Numbered from the stretch's first letter, positions 8,962 to 16,632 are shown. The stretch is DNA of 20,000 nucleotides from an uncultured virus (IMG/VR IMGVR_UViG_3300027808_002699) (IMGVR_UViG_3300027808_002699), one strand, 5' to 3'. Program-made: numbers and translations. Notes: generated by a model from the letters alone, not told the origin.

Positions 8962-9186
8962 TCAGAGGCCTTGCGTCAGTTGCTTGTACACATCTGGACG
9001 ATTTGTGATAATCCAGTCCAATGCATCTCTCGCTACCTTTTGGAATTCGTACTGTGTTTCAGGCGAACCTGACCTACGGTACTTCTTCAGGTATTCACTA
9101 TTGGCCCGCTTGCAGTCTGGACACCTACACAGGTGCTTAATGTATGTAGTTCGATTGCCATGTCGAAGACTTTTATTAATATACAC
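8962..9186 (-). CDS. Small Zn-binding protein (HG-x3-Y-x4-CRC-x2-C)
   Basis: HGNRTTYIKHLCRCPDCKRAN, a motif type frequent in actinophage proteins. Confidence 0.75.
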   Translation of the reverse strand: MYINKSLRHGNRTTYIKHLCRCPDCKRANSEYLKKYRRSGSPETQYEFQKVARDALDWIITNRPDVYKQLTQGL

Positions 9187-9188
9187 AA

Positions 9189-9593
9189 TTACGCTTCTAG
9201 ATAGTTCTGAAGGTCACCATTGTATTCAGGACACAGATACATAATTGCTCCAGTAATTACTGCTGCGTACAATTCTCTGTCTGAAGTAGATTCTGCATAA
9301 CTGTTAAGCAATGCAACTACCTTCTGTACAGAATTGCCAGCATCAAGAGACTGACAAACCAAGTCACCAAATTCAATAACATCCGCCTTTGATTCACTAT
9401 TAGCCTGACCAGAGTTCTTGAGAACATGAGCGTAATAGTCGTCATACTTGTTTGTTACTGGTTCTTGATATTCAACTACCGTTGTGGGTGCAGACACTTC
9501 TTTAATAATTGTCTTTGTTCCACATCCCAACAGCAAGATTGCTGTAAAGAAAGCGATTACTGCTAGTCCAGTGATTTTTACTAATTTTTTCAT
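9189..9593 (-). CDS. Lipoprotein with DUF732-like domain
   Basis: Signal peptide with lipobox LLGC; GDLVCQSLDAG...GAIMYLCPEY cysteine pair typical of DUF732. Confidence 0.78.
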   Translation of the reverse strand: MKKLVKITGLAVIAFFTAILLLGCGTKTIIKEVSAPTTVVEYQEPVTNKYDDYYAHVLKNSGQANSESKADVIEFGDLVCQSLDAGNSVQKVVALLNSYAESTSDRELYAAVITGAIMYLCPEYNGDLQNYLEA

Positions 9594-9836
9594 TTATTTA
9601 TCCTTACATTCGTAACAGGTGTTCACAGTATCATTTTCGTAATCATGAACTGCATACATATCGAACAATGCAGTCACAATTTCTTTTAACCACATACTGT
9701 GTGGATGTGGTAGTTCTTTTTTGATTGGTGGTGGAGAAACAGCATGCCAGCCAAGCAACTGTTCTACTTCCATCTTTTCTAATAGGTCTGCTGGTGTGTA
9801 GACCACATTAGAAATTTTTTTTTGAATTTGGTCCAT
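9594..9836 (-). CDS. Hypothetical protein
   Basis: 80-aa ORF abutting the lipoprotein start; terminal H...CxxC. Confidence 0.65.
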   Translation of the reverse strand: MDQIQKKISNVVYTPADLLEKMEVEQLLGWHAVSPPPIKKELPHPHSMWLKEIVTALFDMYAVHDYENDTVNTCYECKDK

Positions 9837-9865
9837 TGTATATAATTTCTATTCACCCATATTCA

Positions 9866-9885
9866 CCTCCCCCTTCGGGGGAAGG
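9866..9885 (-). terminator. Short GC-rich hairpin downstream of the protease gene
   Basis: CCTCCCCC-TTCG-GGGGAAGG. Confidence 0.5.
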
Positions 9886-9892
9886 TTCCTAT

Positions 9893-10342
9893 TTATTTCC
9901 CTCGGTATGTAGGAAATTCGTAATTTATTCCTACCTGATTAAAGCACTCCTTGAGTCTGTTAGACCAGTGCTCTCCTGCGTACATCCGTACCAACTGTAG
10001 GTAAGTCCCTCTGAAGAGGTTCGTATGCCCTCTCTGTGGACTGGTGTGATGTGCTAACTCATGTAGTACTACCCACACCTGTGCTTTCCTACCTAGTACT
10101 ACTTCCTTAGTGTCATAGTAATAAGTAGACCTACTGCCCTTGTATGAGTTCTTCCATCTGAACTTGACATCTGTAATACCCAGGGTATGTGCAATGTCTT
10201 TAGCCTCTTGGAGAGTCTCTACTCTCTTACCTAGGTCTCTATTGGCCTTATTGGACTTATGGAAGCATAAGTGCTCTGCTGCGTAGGTTTTATTGGCAAA
10301 GAACGATGGCTCGGCCTCTTCTTGTATCTTTAATTCGAACAT
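9893..10342 (-). CDS. Zincin (SprT-like) metallopeptidase
   Basis: VVLHELAHH (HExxH) followed by GHTNLF (third ligand, H-x3-F). Confidence 0.8.
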   Translation of the reverse strand: MFELKIQEEAEPSFFANKTYAAEHLCFHKSNKANRDLGKRVETLQEAKDIAHTLGITDVKFRWKNSYKGSRSTYYYDTKEVVLGRKAQVWVVLHELAHHTSPQRGHTNLFRGTYLQLVRMYAGEHWSNRLKECFNQVGINYEFPTYRGK

Positions 10343-10350
10343 ATGTTCAA
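10335..10350. promoter_or_regulatory. LexA (SOS) box-like site overlapping the protease start codon
   Basis: TCGAAC-ATAT-GTTCAA versus the actinobacterial consensus TCGAAC-N4-GTTCGA. Confidence 0.55.
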
Positions 10351-10772
10351 TCTATCTCTTTCCCTCTGGACAGTTCTTCCTTTTTATCTGCCTCTCCATC
10401 ACGAATTTCGAACTTTCCTCTTGCTAACTTGCGAAAGGAGTTCGGATGGTCAGTAATGTATTTAACAGCAGTTGGGTATGAGAATCCTGAAATATCGGCA
10501 ACTTCTTGTGTTGTTATCTCGCTACCTACATTTTCCTTAATGTACTTATCGATGCTTGCATACTTAGCGGAACGCTTTTCTTTTTTTTCTGAGATGACCA
10601 CTTCGTCAAACTCATTCGCTCCTACTACCTTGATGTCAATGTTGTAGAACTGAGCAGCCTTAGATAGGGGCATTCCATCTCGCCTAGCAACATCTTTTAC
10701 ATATCCCCACCGTCTTGCCTCGTGTTCAAGACGGATATTTTCGAATTTAGGGATGGATGATGAATCATTCAT
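10347..10772 (-). CDS. HTH/winged-helix DNA-binding protein
   Basis: Start reassigned to ATG 10772 (SD AGAAAGGA); ITTQEVADISGFSYPTAVKYI HTH followed by beta wing. Confidence 0.72.
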   Translation of the reverse strand: MNDSSSIPKFENIRLEHEARRWGYVKDVARRDGMPLSKAAQFYNIDIKVVGANEFDEVVISEKKEKRSAKYASIDKYIKENVGSEITTQEVADISGFSYPTAVKYITDHPNSFRKLARGKFEIRDGEADKKEELSRGKEID

Positions 10773-10800
10773 GGTAATTCCTTTCTTTTTATAAGTTATT

Positions 10801-11058
10801 TTACAGAGACGAACATATGTCGCACTGGCAATGAGCATATCGCCCACCAGATGCAACGGAGCCGTTTTCACAAAATTGTGAACCGTGGTGGTTTTGTGCC
10901 GAAGCCCACCCAATTTCACAAATTGCGCAGTGATTTGTGTGAGAACAATCAGTCTTTTGTACGCGAATTTCAGTTGAACTGTTACCTGATTGGATAACAC
11001 GCTCACTTCCACACTTGCAGATTTCCACTACTTTTGCGCCATCTAGTTTTATGACCAT
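10801..11058 (-). CDS. Cys/His-rich small protein
   Basis: ATG 11058 preceded by GGAGGT; MVIKLDG...CKC...CAIC...HCQCDIC. Confidence 0.7.
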   Translation of the reverse strand: MVIKLDGAKVVEICKCGSERVIQSGNSSTEIRVQKTDCSHTNHCAICEIGWASAQNHHGSQFCENGSVASGGRYAHCQCDICSSL

Positions 11059-11083
11059 CTTTACACCTCCTGTTTGGGGTATG

Positions 11084-11112
11084 AATATAGCGTACCACAA
11101 CGGGTGTGTAAA
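11084..11112 (-). promoter_or_regulatory. sigma70-type promoter heading the leftward gene block
   Basis: TTTACA-17-TATATT on the minus strand. Confidence 0.6.
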
Positions 11113-11206
11113 ACCAACAGGGGTCAGGTGGATAGGACGGGTAGGGGACCTATACAGTGGTATTTCGTCAAAAATGTGTGTGGGACCCGCGGGCAGCGGG
11201 CGTTTG

Positions 11207-11275
11207 TAAGGTCAGCCTAACAAGGGTGGGGGGGGTATTAACCACGCAGAGTGATGGTAGGTCAGCCTAACAGAA
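11207..11275. promoter_or_regulatory. Two DtxR/IdeR-like iron boxes (11207-11225, 11257-11275)
   Basis: Direct repeat AGGTCAGCCTAACA; the 19-mers match TWAGGTWAGSCTWACCTWA at 14/19 and 15/19 by manual comparison. Confidence 0.65.
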
Positions 11276-11300
11276 CAGGCGTTCGGTCACTTAGAGTGAT
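11241..11300. promoter_or_regulatory. Two BldD-box-like palindromes (11241-11255, 11286-11300)
   Basis: ACCACGCAGAGTGAT and GTCACTTAGAGTGAT, each one mismatch from nTnACnCWGnGTnAn. Confidence 0.5.
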
Positions 11301-11317
11301 GAACGAACAAGCGTTCG
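11273..11317. promoter_or_regulatory. Two LexA (SOS) box-like sites (11273-11284, 11304-11317)
   Basis: GAAC-AGGC-GTTCG and CGAAC-AAGC-GTTCG. Confidence 0.65.
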
Positions 11318-11409
11318 CCAAGCGTGAGACGCTCTGTGTGGGCTTCTAAGACACGCTACCGATAGCCAGGCCTTGCCATAGCCTAGATACCGTGCAAGAG
11401 CGTAGGAGA

Positions 11410-11700
11410 GCGTTGGGGCGCGTGTGGTGGTGTCGCGTGTGTGCATGGTGGCACCGTGTCGGGTGCCGTGTGTGGCTCTGTTGTGTGCGCCTGTGTGCGC
11501 CTGTGTGCGGTGTCGCGGTGCGTGTGTGGCGCGTGTGTGCATTGTCGGGCATTGTCGGGCTTGTGGGGCGTTGTGGCGCGTGTGGTGGTGGCGTGTGTGT
11601 GGCGTGTCGCGTGTCGCGTGTGTGGGCAGATAGCAAACGACCCACACGCGCGAGGCGTGTGGGTCGTGTTGTGCGTGTCGGGTTGTGTGCGTGGTGTTCT
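11410..11700. repeat. Low-complexity GT/GC-alternating non-coding tract
   Basis: Very few A on the plus strand; recurring GCGCGTGTG, TGTGTGCGCC x2, CATTGTCGGG x2, GCGTGTC tandem. Confidence 0.8.
11637..11667 (-). terminator. Hairpin terminator candidate
   Basis: ACGACCCACACGC-gcgag-GCGTGTGGGTCGT; core shared with the hairpin at 12730-12762. Confidence 0.6.
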
Positions 11701-12097
11701 AGATATCTTCTGACCAAGTAAGCGCGTAGTCAGTCCACATGGCTAGCGCGTCTTCACCAAGCGCGGTGGCGCGTGTGTGTTGTTCGTGTAGTGCATTGAA
11801 CACCATCGCGCGTAGGTCGCTATCTTCGACAGTCGCCCAAGCGATAGCGAGAGCACCCGACATGGCGCGCGTGAGTTCGTCTGCCTTGCGTGTTGTGCGT
11901 GTGTTGTGTGCGCGTGTGTCTTGCGCGTTCAGGCTTGCGCGGTGTGCGTGTGTGCGTGAGTGGCGTACCGTGTCGCGTGGTGTGCGTGGTGTGCGTGTTC
12001 CGAATGTCTCGCGCAATGACCACGCGACTAGCACGATAGAGAGCGCGAGCATCGCGAACGCGAACGCGAGTGAGAGTGTGAGTGTTACAAGTTCCAT
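11699..12097 (-). CDS. Hypothetical membrane-anchored protein
   Basis: ATG 12097 after GAAAGAAAAAAACAA; N-terminal TM, T/R/H-rich linker, helical C-terminus. Confidence 0.6.
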   Translation of the reverse strand: MELVTLTLSLAFAFAMLALSIVLVAWSLRETFGTRTPRTPRDTVRHSRTHAHRASLNAQDTRAHNTRTTRKADELTRAMSGALAIAWATVEDSDLRAMVFNALHEQHTRATALGEDALAMWTDYALTWSEDI

Positions 12098-12211
12098 TTG
12101 TTTTTTTCTTTCGTTGTGTGCGGTGAGTACCACACGCTAGGCGCACCGATGCATGACCGATGCGCCTAGCGCGTGGTAGGCGCGCCGTGTGTGACGCGCC
12201 TACCGTGTGCG

Positions 12212-12547
12212 CTAGTTGGCGAGTAGTGCGCCTTCATAGTCGCGCTCTACCGAGCCGAACACATCGCTACGCTCTGACGCAAGGCGGGCGGTGGTTGCCT
12301 CTGCCATGAGTGACACGCGGAGCATTTCGCGCTCTGCAATGTTTGCCGAGTTGCGTTGTGCCTTCTTCGCAAGTGCGGTGAGTTGTTGCGTGGTGAATGT
12401 GACACCGCTAGCAAGTGCTAGGCGTTGCGTGTGGTTCATGCCTGCCGTTGGCAAGAATGACGCGCGGAGTGCCTCGCCTGCCGTGCTACTGATGCGAACC
12501 AGTACACCATTGCGGTACACCGTGACTTTGTTGGTATTTGTGGACAT
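12212..12547 (-). CDS. Hypothetical early protein (111 aa)
   Basis: MSTNTNKVTVYRNG..., SD GAAAGAGG; own promoter TTGCCA-17-GACAAT at 12596-12624. Confidence 0.72.
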   Translation of the reverse strand: MSTNTNKVTVYRNGVLVRISSTAGEALRASFLPTAGMNHTQRLALASGVTFTTQQLTALAKKAQRNSANIAEREMLRVSLMAEATTARLASERSDVFGSVERDYEGALLAN

Positions 12548-12729
12548 GACAACCTCTTTCGTGGTTAGCGTTTCGGCGGGATTGCCGATTTGCATATTGT
12601 CAAACTATCGGGGATAAGTGGCAATGTGGTGGATTGTTTGAGATTATTTATTTGTAGTGTGCAAGTATCGGCTCTGAGCCTTATGGCATAAGGGTTTGCG
12701 CTCTCAGATTATTTTTCCCAATAACGACA

Positions 12730-12762
12730 AAAGCCCCACACGCGCTAGGCGTGTGGGGCTTT
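12730..12762 (-). terminator. Intrinsic terminator
   Basis: AAAGCCCCACACGC-gctag-GCGTGTGGGGCTTT just after the stop at 12777. Confidence 0.75.
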
Positions 12763-12776
12763 CCGTGTGGGTTTGG

Positions 12777-12923
12777 TTAGTCGTATCGGTTCGAGTCCGT
12801 TTGGTCGTACTTGTCTTCTTCTTCCATGTCGTAATCGCAACAACCACAATCGCAATCTTCGTTGATTATCTCGTCAAACTCTCCTGTAAGACATTCGCCA
12901 GTTTCGTAGTTCATAGTTCCCAT
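12777..12923 (-). CDS. Very acidic Cys-containing micro-protein (48 aa)
   Basis: MGTMNYETGECLTGEFDEIINEDCDCGCCDYDMEEEDKYDQTDSNRYD; SD GAAAGAGG; promoter GTGGAA-17-TAGTAT at 12968-12996. Confidence 0.68.
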   Translation of the reverse strand: MGTMNYETGECLTGEFDEIINEDCDCGCCDYDMEEEDKYDQTDSNRYD

Positions 12924-13602
12924 TGTGTCGCCTCTTTCGTAGGTCACGGCGGAAGTGCCGTACTGACATACTAGGGCACACTCTCCCACATTCCACCATT
13001 CCACCCATGATTATTTTTCGGCGTGATTATCGGGGGCGCGAGACGGGCGAGCCGATACCCTGTGAGTGGGTAGCGTCACGGTAGGTGAGACCACACAGAG
13101 TGACGGCGTGGGTCGGTTGCGTTACGGTACGAGAAAACGCTGTGAGTGGTCGGAGTCGGTGGCATTATGCAACCTATTGGGTCGGTTTCATAAAAAGACC
13201 CGCATCCCCTGCGCGTGAAAAATGGTATTAAATACATAATAATCCCAAGTAAAATGATTTCCAGACCTCGGTGTGGGCCTCCCCCGCTTGTGGGTGGGAG
13301 AGCCTTCGGTCCTTCCTGTGCCCGCGTGTCGCTTTAGCCCCGCAGTTTCTCGTTCCTAAGTTGGAGTCCTGGGTTCGTTTGGCTTTTACCGCGGGTTGAA
13401 TCTCCCTCATCCCGCGTTTTTTTATTTCTCTTCCCGCGTTTTTGTTTTAAACCCGCAATCTTTATTTTAAAGTTGCCTCTCCACCGTCGGTCTGTCGATT
13501 TGTAATTGCTCTCAGGAGAGCGCCCTAGGCGATTGTCCTGCAATGTCTAATCCCTCAGTTGGCAAGTCCCTGAGTCGCTGTCCTCGTCCCTTTGGGATGG
13601 CT

Positions 13603-13680
13603 CTACAACTGCTTCACCCACCCATTGAAGGCGAAGATGGCGAAGGTCCAGGTTACGATATTGATTATAATGGTTGTCAT
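13603..13680 (-). CDS. 25-aa hydrophobic micro-protein
   Basis: Below the track cutoff: MTTIIINIVTWTFAIFAFNGWVKQL; strong promoter TTGCAT-17-TATAAT (with TG extension) at 13717-13745. Confidence 0.55.
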   Translation of the reverse strand: MTTIIINIVTWTFAIFAFNGWVKQL

Positions 13681-13848
13681 TTATTGTGAATGTTTTTCTG
13701 TTGTGTTGTTAATTATATTATAGCATGCTCCGTGGCAGGATGCAACCTGTCCTTGGTTCTTTATTTAGTCCTCGTCCCGCCGCCCTTGGCTCCACCCGCT
13801 GTCAGTTGTGTTAGACAACGGGTGAAACCGTTTGGCGAGAGAGTTTCG

Positions 13849-14031
13849 TTACAGTCCGCAGGCTGTGAGGAAGCGTGTGCGGTCGAAGGCTGGGTTGTCC
13901 TTCTTCAGCGTCACTGCAAGCGCGGTGACCACTGCGGTCATGCCCTCAACCTGTGAAGGGTTTGTGATGCGGTGGCAGTCAATCTCTGTCTTGATGTTCT
14001 CTGCCATTGCTACATAATCTTTGCGTGTCAT
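13849..14031 (-). CDS. Conserved small phage protein (MTRKDY...DNPxFDxxRF)
   Basis: Recognisable widespread phage motif; promoter TTGACA-18-TACAAT at 14093-14122; AGAGAAAG leader. Confidence 0.85.
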   Translation of the reverse strand: MTRKDYVAMAENIKTEIDCHRITNPSQVEGMTAVVTALAVTLKKDNPAFDRTRFLTACGL

Positions 14032-14353
14032 TTGATTGTTTCTTTCTCTGTTTGACCAAGGATGAATTTCCTAGGTCATTTCCTATAATTATATTGTATC
14101 ACGCTCTGCCATGCTCTGTCAAGCCGAAAGGCGTGATTTGTGATTCTTTCTCTCGGGCATAGGTTTCGTTAAGCAACTCACTAAGTAGATTGGTTTGCCA
14201 TTATCCCGCGCGACCCTCAGCCGAGAAATCCCTCTGCCCTTGGTCGGATAATCTTCCTCGGCCTCCAGATAGTTACGATGCCCTAGTTGGCAAGTCCGTG
14301 GCCCGAATCTCTCGGTGCCTCTCGGTGCGTATTACGGTATGCCCGCGAGCAGT

Positions 14354-14385
14354 GAGGGAGAGCCACCCCGCGGTGACCCTCCCTC
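14354..14385 (-). terminator. GC-rich hairpin after the 14393 gene; related hairpin at 14825-14853
   Basis: Minus strand GAGGGAGGGTCACC-gcgg-GGTGGCTCTCCCTC; the G-U pairs work only on the minus strand. Confidence 0.6.
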
Positions 14386-14392
14386 GTTCGCC

Positions 14393-14728
14393 CTAGTCCT
14401 CGTAGTCGTAGCCCTCGTCTACCGCGTTCAAGTCCCAGTCCACTGACTTGACTCGTACGATTGCCCTCAGTTGTCCTACGACTGGTGCTGTCTCGCCCGC
14501 CTCCCATGAAAGGTTGTGGGAGAAAGTGAACGATAGTTCGCCCTCTGCTCCGTCTTCCATAGGAACACATGTGAGCCATCCCGTGCTCGGTGCGGTGAAC
14601 TCTGTCGCGCCCGCTGCCTTGAGGATTGCAACGATGTCGCCGTAAGCCGTGGCTCCGAGACGGTTGTCGTACCACTCCGCGGTGATGCTTGCCCTCAGTT
14701 TGTTTGTCGTTGTTGTTGTCATGACCAT
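14393..14728 (-). CDS. Hypothetical acidic early protein (about 111 aa)
   Basis: MVMTTTTTNKLRASITAEWYDNRL...; promoter TTGCAC-19-TATACT at 14752-14782. Confidence 0.75.
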   Translation of the reverse strand: MVMTTTTTNKLRASITAEWYDNRLGATAYGDIVAILKAAGATEFTAPSTGWLTCVPMEDGAEGELSFTFSHNLSWEAGETAPVVGQLRAIVRVKSVDWDLNAVDEGYDYED

Positions 14729-14860
14729 ATTCTTTCTCTTGGTATATATACAGTATAGCACGGACTCGCATAGACCGTGCAACTTTTGGAACATTTCTTT
14801 ATGAAACTTCCTCGTCCCCTTGGGGGGAGAGCCGACCCTGTGTCGACCCTCCCTTTCCCG

Positions 14861-15043
14861 TTAGAGTCCGTGGCGTGAGTACGCTTCTTCTTGGAGCCAC
14901 TCCGCGATTTCCAGGAGTTCCTGTAGCGTTGCTTTGTTCAACTCGCGGGCGTTGTAGTAGTCCGCCATTTCTTGGATACCTAGGTCATCTTCCCATGACT
15001 GTGGTTTGTCGGGTGTTCCGTATGCGATTTCCCAATCATTCAT
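14861..15043 (-). CDS. Acidic micro-protein; C-terminal half paralogous to 17285-17380
   Basis: SD GAAAGAGG; -10 TACACT at 15092-15097. Confidence 0.75.
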   Translation of the reverse strand: MNDWEIAYGTPDKPQSWEDDLGIQEMADYYNARELNKATLQELLEIAEWLQEEAYSRHGL

Positions 15044-15403
15044 TTTTTGTGCCTCTTTCGTTTGGCTAAGGGCTTCTCCCTTATGTATTTAAGTGTACAC
15101 GCTATTGCACACTCTCCAACACGAAAAGGCAAGAAAGATAGTTGTAGTGTGCAAATAATTTCCCGCGCTTCTAAGCACCCGCGTCAGGACTAATAAGCCC
15201 GCAGTTGGCAATTCCCTTGGGCAAACTTCCTGGGTCGCCCTGGTGCGTCTCAGCCCACCCCGCGATTGTTTAGGAGGCGCTTGCGGGGTGGGAGAGAGTT
15301 CTTTTATCTCTTGGTTCTTTTCTTCCCGCGGTGCGTGTCGGTGAGAACCGACATACAGAACGCAGGGAGAGCGATGACTCCCGCTAGGAGGTACATGAAC
15401 CAC

Positions 15404-15622
15404 TCAAGAAGATACATTTGTGAGTTCCTCGCGGTCCGCGCGGTAAAGTTCGTGCATAACCGCTTCGACTGCCCGCAGTTGTTCAGGCGTGTCGAATGTC
15501 ATTCGGAACTGCAATGAGTCCGTGGTTCCGCCCGTGGGGCTTTCCGTGAAGACTTCGATAGTGGTGTTGGTTATTCCCGCGTATCCGATGATTTTGTTTC
15601 CGTTTAGTGTTGCCATTTTCAT
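15404..15622 (-). CDS. Hypothetical early protein (72 aa)
   Basis: MKMATLNGNKIIG...; SD AAAAGGA; promoter TTGCCC-19-TACAAT at 15661-15691. Confidence 0.75.
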   Translation of the reverse strand: MKMATLNGNKIIGYAGITNTTIEVFTESPTGGTTDSLQFRMTFDTPEQLRAVEAVMHELYRADREELTNVSS

Positions 15623-15739
15623 TTTTCCTTTTTCTCTATCAGGTATTTCCTGATACTTTAATTGTATCACACTCTTGCACAAAGCGGGCAAGATTTCGAG
15701 TCAGTTACTAAGTTTTTTTTAGCAACTGACTCTCGGTCT

Positions 15740-15907
15740 TTAGGCTGCGACTTGGATGATTTCGAATCCCGTGATTGCGTGGTCACGGTCGTAGCCGACT
15801 TGGTTCTTGCGGTGTGTGTGAACCGCGGTCAATGCTTCCCCGTATGTTGGGAAAGTTCCCAAGAATCTCGCGGTGTTGCCTTGCATGTCGATTGCTTCGT
15901 ATTTCAT
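15740..15907 (-). CDS. Hypothetical micro-protein (55 aa)
   Basis: Not in track: MKYEAIDMQGNTARFLGTFPTYGEALTAVHTHRKNQVGYDRDHAITGFEIIQVAA; SD AAAAGGA; promoter TTGCAA-17-TATAAT at 15945-15973. Confidence 0.75.
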   Translation of the reverse strand: MKYEAIDMQGNTARFLGTFPTYGEALTAVHTHRKNQVGYDRDHAITGFEIIQVAA

Positions 15908-15991
15908 ATTTTTCCTTTTTCTCTCAGGTTTTCCTGATAGTTATATTATAGCATGACCTCTCGGTCGTTGCAAGTTATTAGAGAGTTTTGT

Positions 15992-16225
15992 TTAGAAACC
16001 CTCGCCGTTGTTATTCAGCCCGCAAGACCCGCAACCGTCCCAGCAGATGCACTCCTCGGCAGGTGTGTCCTCGTCCCACAAGTCGCCTTCGGTTGCCCAC
16101 TCCTCGGCATCAGCGCCCGCGAACCGCTTGCCCTGGATTGTCTGCGCACGGAGACGGCGACCGTCTGCGAACTCTCGGCGCTCATCTGCGCCCCAGCGAT
16201 TTACTTGTTTTGTGTTCTTTCTCAT
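15992..16225 (-). CDS. Hypothetical protein, probably leaderless; basic N-terminus, acidic Cys-rich C-terminus
   Basis: ATG lies 6 nt after TATACT (16232-16237); MRKNTKQVNRWGADERR...CICWDGCGSC. Confidence 0.7.
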   Translation of the reverse strand: MRKNTKQVNRWGADERREFADGRRLRAQTIQGKRFAGADAEEWATEGDLWDEDTPAEECICWDGCGSCGLNNNGEGF

Positions 16226-16385
16226 AATAACAGTATAGCACACACTTCCACGCATGAGACACCAAACAGCAACATTCGTAAGTTTTTTTTAGCAACTGAC
16301 ATCCCGCGTGACGCTTGGGGATTTGCTTTGCCCTAGTCTTTTAGTCCCGTGAGCCACGCCCTGGAGCCGTCCTGGTGCGCCTTAG

Positions 16386-16415
16386 AGCCCGCGGAAGTGT
16401 CTCATTCCGCGGGCT
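16386..16415 (-). terminator. Hairpin terminator candidate
   Basis: AGCCCGCGGAA-gtgtctca-TTCCGCGGGCT; loop motif GTGTCTC shared with the hairpin at 18005-18040. Confidence 0.65.
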
Positions 16416-16425
16416 GGCGTTGTCC

Positions 16426-16632
16426 TTATGCTGCCACTTCTTCCCAGTTCCATTTTGCTGCTTCGGCTGGTGTGCACCAAAACTGCATGACGGATTTCGT
16501 TACGCCACCCTCTATGCCCATTTCGTAGCCTCTGACATAGACAGGTGAAAAGTCGCGCACTTCTATCACCATTACCGCCTGCGGGTCTTCCTTGTTCCAG
16601 TTGGTGACTGAATATCTAATATTTTTTTTCAT
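16426..16632 (-). CDS. Hypothetical early protein (68 aa)
   Basis: MKKNIRYSVTNWNK...; AGAGAAAGAGAAAAT leader; -10 TACACT at 16759-16764. Confidence 0.72.
   Translation of the reverse strand: MKKNIRYSVTNWNKEDPQAVMVIEVRDFSPVYVRGYEMGIEGGVTKSVMQFWCTPAEAAKWNWEEVAA

Noticed and set aside
10867..10882. TTCACAAAATTGTGAA as a Rex or CRP site
   Set aside because: Half-sites are in the wrong order and the sequence lies inside a coding region.
10773..11012. Long N-terminal extension of the 10347 ORF (221 aa version)
   Set aside because: It overlaps the SD-led 10801-11058 gene; ATG 10772 has its own SD.
11291..11721. Several overlapping H/T/R-rich or V/C/R-rich ORFs on both strands
   Set aside because: Open frames arise from stop-poor low-complexity sequence; no SD or promoter.
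12672..12688. CCTTATG-G-CATAAGG palindrome as a recombinase or dif-like site
   Set aside because: Single copy, no recombinase in the window and no clear match to a dif consensus.
13350..13410. tRNA-like fragments (GTCCTGGGTTCG, GCGGGTTGAATC)
   Set aside because: T-stem and acceptor stem cannot be paired; no cloverleaf.
13228..13543. ORFs 13228-13410 and 13334-13543
   Set aside because: No family promoter or SD; the region consists of CCCGCG/T-tract motifs.
13664..13683. Zur/Fur-like box TATAATGGTTGTCATTT
   Set aside because: Explained by the first codons of the 25-aa ORF in AT-rich context; too weak to call.
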